Shown: in pieces, positions 17,965-25,361 of the stretch
Layout: every line of letters begins with the position of its first letter
Numbering within the stretch: position 1 is the stretch's first letter
NCBI GenBank assembly: GCA_963836075.1
Contig: CAWIIB010000001.1
Location: 1,024,001 to 1,088,000 of the forward strand
Reading direction: 5' to 3'
DNA from: an uncultured Acidobacteriota bacterium
GTDB lineage: Bacteria > Acidobacteriota > JAQAZP01
DNA: 64,000 nucleotides
Notes under the pieces: generated by a model
Databases searched by the model: none
Seen by the model: the letters and a program-made list of their open reading frames with translations, nothing else
What the model was told of the DNA's origin: nothing
Program-made: the position numbers and the translations under genes

Positions 17965-19887
17965 TCAGGATACGCCGGCCCCGCTGGGCAGGTCGCCGTC
18001 CACGGTGAGCAGCCGCAGCACCTTGCCCTTTTTCGCCGCCAGTACCATCCCCTGGGAGGGAATGCCACGGATGGTGGCCGGCTGGAGGTTGGCCACCACG
18101 ATCACCAGCCGGCCCACCAGCGCTTCGGGGGTGTAGTGCTCGGCGATTCCGGCCACCAGCTGCCGTTTCTCCCCACCGATCTCCACCTGCAGCTTGAGCA
18201 GCCGGTCGGCGTCCGCAACCGGCTCGGCCTCCAGTACCCGGGCCACCTTCAGCTTTATCCGGGCAAAATCTTCGATGGGGATCAGGGCCACCCCTTCAGC
18301 CCCGGCGCTGTTTTTCCCGGATTTTTTCTGCTCCTTCTTCTTTTCCTTCTCCTCGCGCAGGATCCGCGGGAAGAGCGCCTCCAGCCCGCCGGCCGGGCGG
18401 CCGGGCTCCAGCACGCCCCAGGTCTTCAAGTTCTCCATCTGCGGCTCGATCTCGTCATCGGCAATGCCAATGGCCCGCCGCAGTTCGTTCATCTTCTGCG
18501 GGATTACCGGGTAGAGCAGCCCGGAGACGATCCGCAGGCATTCCAGGGTGGTGTAGATGGTCCTGGCGAAGCCGGCTGAATCGCCGCTCTTCAACATGTT
18601 CCAGGGCGCCTGGTGGTCAAAGTACCTGTTGGCCGCCCGAATCGCGCCGATGGCGCCGGCCAGGCCGCGATCGAGGGCCATGCCCTGGAGGTGGCGCTGC
18701 ATCCCCTCCACCGCCGCCAGACAGTTCTCCCGCAGTTCCTTTTCGGCGGCGCCGGACCCTTCCGCCCTGCGGTCGGGCACCCTGCCGCCCAGATTGCGCT
18801 CCACCATCCGCAGGGCCCGGCTGGCCAGGTTGCCCAGGTCGTTGGCCAGGTCGGCGTTGTAGCGCAGGATGAAGGCCTCCTCCGTGAAACTGGCGTCCCG
18901 GCCCAGGGTCATCTCCGCCATCAGGAAGTAGCGCAGGGCATCCACCCCGTATTTTTCCGCCATCTCCATCGGATCGGTGACGTTGCCCAGGGACTTGGAC
19001 ATCTTTGTCTTGCCGGTGAGCCACCAGCCATGGGCAAAGATGGTCCGCGGCTGCTCCAGCCCGGCGGCGTGGAGCATGGTGGGCCAGTACACGGTGTGCG
19101 TGGTGAGGATGTCCTTGCCGATGAGGTGCATGCTGGCCGGCCACCAGCGGGAAAAACTCTCCTCGTCACTGCCGTAGCCCACGGCACTGATGTAGTTCAC
19201 CAGGGCGTCGAACCAGACGTAACAGACAAAATCATCGTCAAAGGGCAGCGGCACGCCCCAGGGCAGCCGGGTTTTGGGCCTCGAAATGCAGAGGTCGCCC
19301 AGCGGCTGGCGCAGGAAACCGAGGGTCTCGTTGCGGCGGTAGTCGGGCTGGATGAATTCCGGGTGCTCGTTGATGTACTCGATGAGCCAGTCGCGATATT
19401 GGCCCATACGGAAGAAGTAGTTCGACTCGGTGATCTTCTCCACCGGCCGCCCGGTGGGGCTCAGCCCGTCCACCAGCTCGTCCTCGGTGTAGAACGTCTC
19501 GTCGCTGACGCAGTACCACCCCTCGTACTCACCGCGGTAGATCTCCCCCCGGTCGTAGAGATCCTGGAGGATCTTCTGTACCACCGTGGTGTGCCGGGGT
19601 TCGGTGGTCCGGATGAAATCGTCACAGGTGATCCCCAGCCGCTTCCACAACTCCCGGAAACGGACCACGGTGTTGTCGCACTGCTCCTGGGGGGTGATCC
19701 CCAGTTCCCGGGCCGCTTCGAAGACCTTCTGGCCGTGCTCGTCGGTGCCGGTGAGGAAGTGGGTCGGCGTGCCCAGCAGGCGGTGGTAGCGGGCCAGCAC
19801 GTCGGCCAGCAGCGTGGTGTAGGCGTGGCCGATGTGCGGAGTGCCGTTGACATAGTAGATGGGTGTGGTTACGTAGAAGTGGCTCAT
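17965..19887 (-). CDS. metG: Methionine--tRNA ligase with C-terminal tRNA-binding domain
   Basis: HIGH, YVWFDALVNY, KMSKS and a C-terminal OB domain (VANLQPA..RGIPSQGM). Confidence 0.97.
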   Translation of the reverse strand: MSHFYVTTPIYYVNGTPHIGHAYTTLLADVLARYHRLLGTPTHFLTGTDEHGQKVFEAARELGITPQEQCDNTVVRFRELWKRLGITCDDFIRTTEPRHTTVVQKILQDLYDRGEIYRGEYEGWYCVSDETFYTEDELVDGLSPTGRPVEKITESNYFFRMGQYRDWLIEYINEHPEFIQPDYRRNETLGFLRQPLGDLCISRPKTRLPWGVPLPFDDDFVCYVWFDALVNYISAVGYGSDEESFSRWWPASMHLIGKDILTTHTVYWPTMLHAAGLEQPRTIFAHGWWLTGKTKMSKSLGNVTDPMEMAEKYGVDALRYFLMAEMTLGRDASFTEEAFILRYNADLANDLGNLASRALRMVERNLGGRVPDRRAEGSGAAEKELRENCLAAVEGMQRHLQGMALDRGLAGAIGAIRAANRYFDHQAPWNMLKSGDSAGFARTIYTTLECLRIVSGLLYPVIPQKMNELRRAIGIADDEIEPQMENLKTWGVLEPGRPAGGLEALFPRILREEKEKKKEQKKSGKNSAGAEGVALIPIEDFARIKLKVARVLEAEPVADADRLLKLQVEIGGEKRQLVAGIAEHYTPEALVGRLVIVVANLQPATIRGIPSQGMVLAAKKGKVLRLLTVDGDLPSGAGVS

Positions 19888-22256
19888 GGGGTCTTCTTCT
19901 TTGCCGGGGCCTTTTTCACCTTCTTCTTTTTCTTTGCTCCACCGGCTCGTGCGGTGGTCTTTTTCTTCTTTTCCGGGGTGGCCTCGGCCAGCTCGACACA
20001 GCGCTGGTAGGTCAGGCTTTCCGGGTCCTCGCCCTTGGGTATGCGCACGTTCTTCTTTTCAAACGAGATGTAGGGCCCCCAGCGTCCGTTGAGCACCCGC
20101 ACGTCCTCGTTTTCCTCGAACTGCTTGATCAGCTTCTTGGCATCGGCCTCACGCTTGGCCTCGATCAACCGTATCGCCGTTTCCTGGTCCACGGTGTACG
20201 GATTGTTCTCCTTGCCCAGGGAAACGAACTTGCCGTCATGTCTGATGTAGGGGCCGAAACGGCCGATGGCGGCCACCATCGGTTGGTCCTCGAAAACACC
20301 CACTTCCCGGGGCAGCCGAAAGAGGTCGAGGGCCTGTTCAAACGTGACGTTTTCCAGCAACTGGCCCGGGCCGAGCTTGGCAAACTTCGGCTTGACCTCT
20401 TCGTCGTCGCTGACCAGTTCCACCACCGGACCGTAACGGGCCATGCGGGCCACGATCATCCGGCCGGTTTTGGGATCGTTGCCCAGTTCGCGCACCGGAC
20501 TGGCCTCGGCCCGGTCGACGTTTTCCTCGGTGGCCAGCACCCGGGGGTGGAACTCACCGTAGAAATTGGCAATCATCTCGTTCCAGCTGGTCTCCCCGGC
20601 GGCAATGGCGTCGAACTCCTTTTCCACCGTGGCGGTGAACGACAGGTCGATGACCTTGGGAAAGTGGGCCACCAGAAAATCGTTGACGATCATCGCCATG
20701 TCGGTGGGAAACAGTTTCATCTTCTCCGTGCCGGTCTGCTCGGAGCGCTGTGCCTCGGAGATCACGTCCTGGCAGAGTTCCAGTTCCCGGTATGTGCGTT
20801 CCCGGCCCTCACGCGATTCCTTGACCACGTAGCCGCGCTGCTGGATGGTGGTCAGGGTGGGGGCATAGGTGGACGGCCGTCCGATACCCTTTTCCTCCAG
20901 CGCCTTGACCAGTGAAGCCTCGGTGTAGCGGGGCTGGGGCCGGGTGAACCGCTCGGTGGCCGTCATCCTGTCCAGTGCCAGTTGCTGGCCCACCGCCAGC
21001 GGCGGCAGCATCCCCTTCTGCTCGTCGCTGCCGTTGTCGTCGGTGGAGACCTCGTAGACCTTGAGGAACCCGTCAAAGGCCACCATCTCGCCGCGGGCCA
21101 CCAGGGTCTGCTCCACTCCGGAGACGGCGATGGTGGCCACGGTTTTTTCCAGCCTGGCATCAGCCATCTGGGAGGCGATGGCCCGTTTCCAGATCAACTG
21201 GTAGAGCCGTTTCTCGTCCCGTCCCTTTCCCGCCCCCTCGACGGCGAAATCGGTGGGCCGGATCGCCTCGTGGGCTTCCTGGGCCGATGCCGAGGTGGTC
21301 CGGAATCTCCTGGTCTGGACATATTCCTCGCCGAAACTCTCGCCGATCCGGCCGGCAGCGGAAGCCAGGGCATCCTCGGACAGGACCAGCGAGTCGGTCC
21401 GCATGTAGGTGATGTGTCCCGCTTCATACAGTTTCTGGGCCAGGACCATGGTTTTGGATACGGAAAACCCGAGCTTGCGGCTGGCCTCCTGCTGCAGCGT
21501 GGAGGTGGTGAAGGGAGCGGCGGGCGATTTCTTTGCCGGCTTGCGCTCCAGGTTGTCCACGGTGAAACCGGCGCCCACGCACTGTTCGAGCCAGGACCGC
21601 GCCCCTTCTTCCGATTTCAGCCGGCGGGGATGCTCGGCGGTGAATGTGCGGCCGTCGTCGAGACCGAACAGTGCGGCCACCTTGAAGAACGATTCGGCGG
21701 TGAAGTTGAGGATGTCCCGCTCCCGCTCCACCACCATCCGCACGGCAGCCGACTGGACCCGACCGGCGGAAAGGCCCCGTTTGATCTTCTTCCACAGCAC
21801 CGGGGAGAGTTCAAAGCCCACCAGGCGGTCGAGCACCCGGCGCGCCTGCTGGGCGTTGACCAGCTTCTGGTCGATGGCCCGCGGTTCGTCGAAGGCCCTG
21901 AGAATCGCCGTCTTGGTAATCTCCCGGAACACCACCCGGCGCACCTTCTCCGGGGCAAGCTCAAGCGCCTGCTGGAGGTGCCAGGAGATCGACTCCCCCT
22001 CGCGGTCTTCGTCAGTGGCCAGCCAGATCAGCTCCGCCGACTGGGCATTTTTTTTCAGCTCCCGGACCAGGTCGGCCTTGTCCGCCATGATCTCGTAGGC
22101 CGGCTGGAAGCCGTTGTCCACGTCCACCGAAAGACCTTTTTTCTTCAGGTCGCGCACGTGGCCATAGCTGGATTTCACCGAAAAGCCCTCGCCCAGGTAT
22201 CCTTCCATGGTCTTGGCCTTGGCCGGTGATTCCACGATTACCAGGTTCTTGCTCAT
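19884..22256 (-). CDS. topA: DNA topoisomerase I
   Basis: LVIVESPAKAK, ATDEDREGE, SAGRVQS, ITYMRTDS and GIGRPSTYA motifs. Confidence 0.97.
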   Translation of the reverse strand: MSKNLVIVESPAKAKTMEGYLGEGFSVKSSYGHVRDLKKKGLSVDVDNGFQPAYEIMADKADLVRELKKNAQSAELIWLATDEDREGESISWHLQQALELAPEKVRRVVFREITKTAILRAFDEPRAIDQKLVNAQQARRVLDRLVGFELSPVLWKKIKRGLSAGRVQSAAVRMVVERERDILNFTAESFFKVAALFGLDDGRTFTAEHPRRLKSEEGARSWLEQCVGAGFTVDNLERKPAKKSPAAPFTTSTLQQEASRKLGFSVSKTMVLAQKLYEAGHITYMRTDSLVLSEDALASAAGRIGESFGEEYVQTRRFRTTSASAQEAHEAIRPTDFAVEGAGKGRDEKRLYQLIWKRAIASQMADARLEKTVATIAVSGVEQTLVARGEMVAFDGFLKVYEVSTDDNGSDEQKGMLPPLAVGQQLALDRMTATERFTRPQPRYTEASLVKALEEKGIGRPSTYAPTLTTIQQRGYVVKESREGRERTYRELELCQDVISEAQRSEQTGTEKMKLFPTDMAMIVNDFLVAHFPKVIDLSFTATVEKEFDAIAAGETSWNEMIANFYGEFHPRVLATEENVDRAEASPVRELGNDPKTGRMIVARMARYGPVVELVSDDEEVKPKFAKLGPGQLLENVTFEQALDLFRLPREVGVFEDQPMVAAIGRFGPYIRHDGKFVSLGKENNPYTVDQETAIRLIEAKREADAKKLIKQFEENEDVRVLNGRWGPYISFEKKNVRIPKGEDPESLTYQRCVELAEATPEKKKKTTARAGGAKKKKKVKKAPAKKKTP

Positions 22257-22336
22257 TCTTCTCTTTTACAGAATCGCCACCCGGGCAGGGTGGCTCGATT
22301 GCCGTCAAGCGATGATCCGTGCAGATCAGGGACCGT

Positions 22337-22597
22337 CTAGCCCATCTGGTCGGCAGGGATTCCCTTCTCTTCGAGCATGATCGGAATCCCGGAGTCCACT
22401 GCGTAGATCATCCTGGAGTCCTCGGTGATCAACCCTTCTTCCAGGGCCTGCTCCACCGCACTCTGGTCCACGTGAACGACCTGGCCGGCGGCGATGGCCA
22501 CGTTGAGGCGGTCAAGTTCACTGCTCGCCAACCGGCGAACCGGCACCTTGCTCACCGGGCAGCACAGGATCTCCACAAGCTCGTCGTTCAAAGGCAT
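22337..22597 (-). CDS. Trm112-family protein
   Basis: LVEILCCPVSK...YAVDSGIPIML; AGAGGGGG RBS. Confidence 0.85.
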   Translation of the reverse strand: MPLNDELVEILCCPVSKVPVRRLASSELDRLNVAIAAGQVVHVDQSAVEQALEEGLITEDSRMIYAVDSGIPIMLEEKGIPADQMG

Positions 22598-22966
22598 GGT
22601 CACTCCCCCTCTGGTTGCAGAATGCCAATGAAAGTATGTCATTTACACCATCTCGTGGAAAAAAGAAAGGGGAGAGTTTGAATCAGGACGGCAATTTCCA
22701 CATAATTCCCGGCGGCGGACCACTCCTGTCAGCATCCCCGGGCCGTTGACAGCTTTGTTGATTTTTTGCACTTTGGCTTTGACAAACGGGGTGTTTTTCG
22801 CGAAAATAGGCCCGACCGATCTACGTTTCCATATTTACACGAACTTGATTTGTTCCGAAGAGTTAAGCCGAATCTGGTTCATCGCGAGTACTCCACAGGT
22901 TGCGAGTGTCGCGCTGGGTCAAAGTTTTTGTGCATGAGTTGTATAACAACAAAAGGAGATGGCGCT

Positions 22967-24571
22967 ATGAAAAAGTTCTCACTGTTCTGCGGCATGGCCG
23001 TGCTCTGCACGGCGGCCCTGATCGCCTTTGCCGGGGTTGACTGCCTTGCCGGAGATCAGGAAGGCCCGACAAAAATTACCCGGGTTGGCGGAGCGAACGC
23101 TTTCTACAAGGCTCCCGGCGGTCTGACTGCCGAGGCCTTCCAGGCGATGTGCGTGGAGAAAAAGGAAGAGATCACCACCCTGCTCTACGAAGCCGGCTGG
23201 ACCTGGGGACCCGAAGTCTTTTTTGACGCCGTGGCAGACGGGGCGTTCGAGGAATTTATGTTCCCGGTGGGCGGTCAGATGGAATGGATGATGTTCCGCA
23301 AGCACGGCAAACCGGTCCTGGGTTACGATTTCATCTGGGCCGGCAAGGAGCCCCTCGAGGCGTTCAAGGTCACCTTGATGGTTGATGACGAGAAAAACCT
23401 CAAGGACTATGTGTATCAGTTCATCGTCCCCAAGAAATGCGCCAACATCGCCCTCTACGCCCTGGACACCACGCCCTACAAGGTCGACGCCAACGCCGCC
23501 CTCAACGTCGTCCCGGCCAGCGGCTGCGTCTGCACCGACTTCGTCATCGACGCCACCGGGTCAAGGGCTTCGTTGAAGGGTAAAAGCATCCTGACCGGCG
23601 TGATGGCCCAGGTCACCAAGCCCGACGGCACCACCGAAGGTCTCGGCGCCCCGGACAAGGCCGGCAAACACCTCTGGACGGTCAACTACAGGAAGCCGGG
23701 GACTTACAAGCTCAAAGCCGTTACCGTCCTCTCGGGCAGCCTGACCGGCGCCGCGGAGACCCTGGCCACCTTTGAAGTTCTCCCCTGCCCGCCGGAGTGC
23801 GACCTGGGCCTCGACGTTGCCGGTGACTACGACGACGAAGAGAAAGCTGAAATCTTTGGCGAGTTCTACACCGGTGAGGAACTGATCCTCGACGCATCCG
23901 GATCCTCGGCCAAGACCGGCGCCCTGGACAAGGTTACCGTGAAGGTCTATCTCGACGGCGACAAGATCGAAGACCACGACCTGGACGGCGATTTCAAAAA
24001 GACCGTTGTCTATGACACGCAGGGCGAATACAAGTTCGAGGCGGAAGCCTTTGACAACTGCGACCAGGATTCGGACAACGACTGCGATGCCTCCCTGGGC
24101 GTCAACTCGCGCTGGATCCCCTTCGTCTCGATCCTCGGCGGCAAGATGCGCCGCTCGGGCCTCGTGCCGGACGATCCCAACGAAAACGTGGACATCGAAG
24201 GCCACTGCGAACCGCTGGTGGCGCTCAAGGCCGGTGTGGGCTACATGGTCATTCCGCGGAAGTTCTCGATCTCCGGTGCCCTGGGCTACGCCTTCGCCAT
24301 CGACTACTCGGAATTTTCGAGCCTCTTCGCCGACGTCTACTTCAACTATCACAACCGGCCCTGGATGTTTGGCGCCGGCATCGGTTACTGGAATATCGAC
24401 AACAGTGATTACGGTGATTTCACCCTGAACCTCCAGGGCGGCATCGACCTGCCGTGGGAGATCCGGGATGAGCCGATGCAGTTCGTCATCGAGGCCAAGA
24501 GCTTCCTCGACGAGATCAGCGACCTGGGCAACAACTACCTGCTGATGGGCGGGTTTCAGTTCAACTTCTAG
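22967..24571 (+). CDS. Secreted/outer-membrane protein with PKD/Ig-like domains and C-terminal beta-barrel
   Basis: AAGGAG RBS, signal peptide, two (I/L)DA(T/S)GS...G(T/E)YK modules, amphipathic C-terminal strands ending in Phe. Confidence 0.7.
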   Translation: MKKFSLFCGMAVLCTAALIAFAGVDCLAGDQEGPTKITRVGGANAFYKAPGGLTAEAFQAMCVEKKEEITTLLYEAGWTWGPEVFFDAVADGAFEEFMFPVGGQMEWMMFRKHGKPVLGYDFIWAGKEPLEAFKVTLMVDDEKNLKDYVYQFIVPKKCANIALYALDTTPYKVDANAALNVVPASGCVCTDFVIDATGSRASLKGKSILTGVMAQVTKPDGTTEGLGAPDKAGKHLWTVNYRKPGTYKLKAVTVLSGSLTGAAETLATFEVLPCPPECDLGLDVAGDYDDEEKAEIFGEFYTGEELILDASGSSAKTGALDKVTVKVYLDGDKIEDHDLDGDFKKTVVYDTQGEYKFEAEAFDNCDQDSDNDCDASLGVNSRWIPFVSILGGKMRRSGLVPDDPNENVDIEGHCEPLVALKAGVGYMVIPRKFSISGALGYAFAIDYSEFSSLFADVYFNYHNRPWMFGAGIGYWNIDNSDYGDFTLNLQGGIDLPWEIRDEPMQFVIEAKSFLDEISDLGNNYLLMGGFQFNF

Positions 24572-24599
24572 TTGAGCGGCGGCAATGCCGCCACCGTAA

Positions 24600-24639
24600 T
24601 AAAGGCCTTCCGGAATTCAATCCGGAAGGCCTTTTTTTT
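24600..24639 (+). terminator. Rho-independent terminator
   Basis: AAAGGCCTTCCGGA-ATTCAA-TCCGGAAGGCCTTTTTTT. Confidence 0.9.
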
Positions 24640-24765
24640 ACCAATTGAGTTATTGAATTCAATTGCTGCTGCCGGCGAATTTCGTGAAATATAGAATATA
24701 TTCATCACGATTACTGTTTCCGGATTTTTTAAACAGATTGATAGTGTCACAGTTGGCCTTCACCA

Positions 24766-24833
24766 AATTATATTCATGCAATATAATTGGTTGATTTAAT
24801 TGCTTGACACTAATTCTGTTGACAGTTCATAAT
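24766..24833 (+). promoter_or_regulatory. AT-rich promoter region with 9-5-9 inverted repeat and TTGACA-N18-CATAAT
   Basis: AATTATATT-CATGC-AATATAATT (24766-24788); TTGACA at 24804 and again at 24819. Confidence 0.55.
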
Positions 24834-24987
24834 TCATTTATAAATGTGGCTGTGAACAATTCGGCATTCAGAAGTTGTAAATTCAGGATACGCCCTTATT
24901 GATCACCGTTGATTAATTCGGATGCCGATAAACCTGGGCCGGGAGCGGAGCAAGACGTGTCGGCCGCCGTGCAATGGAGAACGAATC

Positions 24988-25278
24988 ATGCCGAAACTGA
25001 GCCTCGAAGACAAGATCAGCCGGCTGGCCGCGGAATTCGCCGCCCAGCTGGTGGACGCGGTGAAAAAGAGTTCCCTGGAAGACCTGGTTTCCTTCCAGGG
25101 TGAGAAAAAGAAACCGGGCCCCAAGCCGGGCAAGAAGCGCGGTCGCAAACCGGGCCCCAAACCCGGGAAAAAGCGCGGGCGCAAGCCCGGCCCGAAACCG
25201 GGACGGAAGAAACCGGGGCCCAAGCCGGGAAGCAAGAGAAAAGTGGTGAAGAAGGTCGCGGTGAAAAAAGAGAAATAG
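24988..25278 (+). CDS. Small basic DNA-binding (histone-like/AT-hook-like) protein
   Basis: GGAG RBS; helical N-terminus followed by four KPGPKPG units and two RGRKP motifs; very Lys-rich. Confidence 0.75.
   Translation: MPKLSLEDKISRLAAEFAAQLVDAVKKSSLEDLVSFQGEKKKPGPKPGKKRGRKPGPKPGKKRGRKPGPKPGRKKPGPKPGSKRKVVKKVAVKKEK
25111..25230 (+). repeat. Degenerate coding tandem repeat (about 36-bp period, KPGPKPGKKRGR)
   Basis: AAACCGGGCCCCAAGCCGGG-like units repeated four times. Confidence 0.85.
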
Positions 25279-25298
25279 ACCCGGTTCGGAACCACGAT

Positions 25299-25336
25299 TA
25301 AAAAAGAAAAGGGCACCGTTATCCGGTGCCCTTTTT
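25299..25336. terminator. Bidirectional terminator
   Basis: AAAAGGGCACCG-TTATC-CGGTGCCCTTTT between convergent genes. Confidence 0.85.
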
Positions 25337-25361
25337 ATTGCTGCGGCAATTGGAATTCCGG

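Noticed and set aside
19440-19520. MetG knuckle with only one Cys
   Set aside because: Zinc-free knuckle variants of MetRS are known; not novel.
25111-25230. 36-bp-period repeats
   Set aside because: Encode KPGPKPG peptide repeats with synonymous variation; not CRISPR or a non-coding VNTR.
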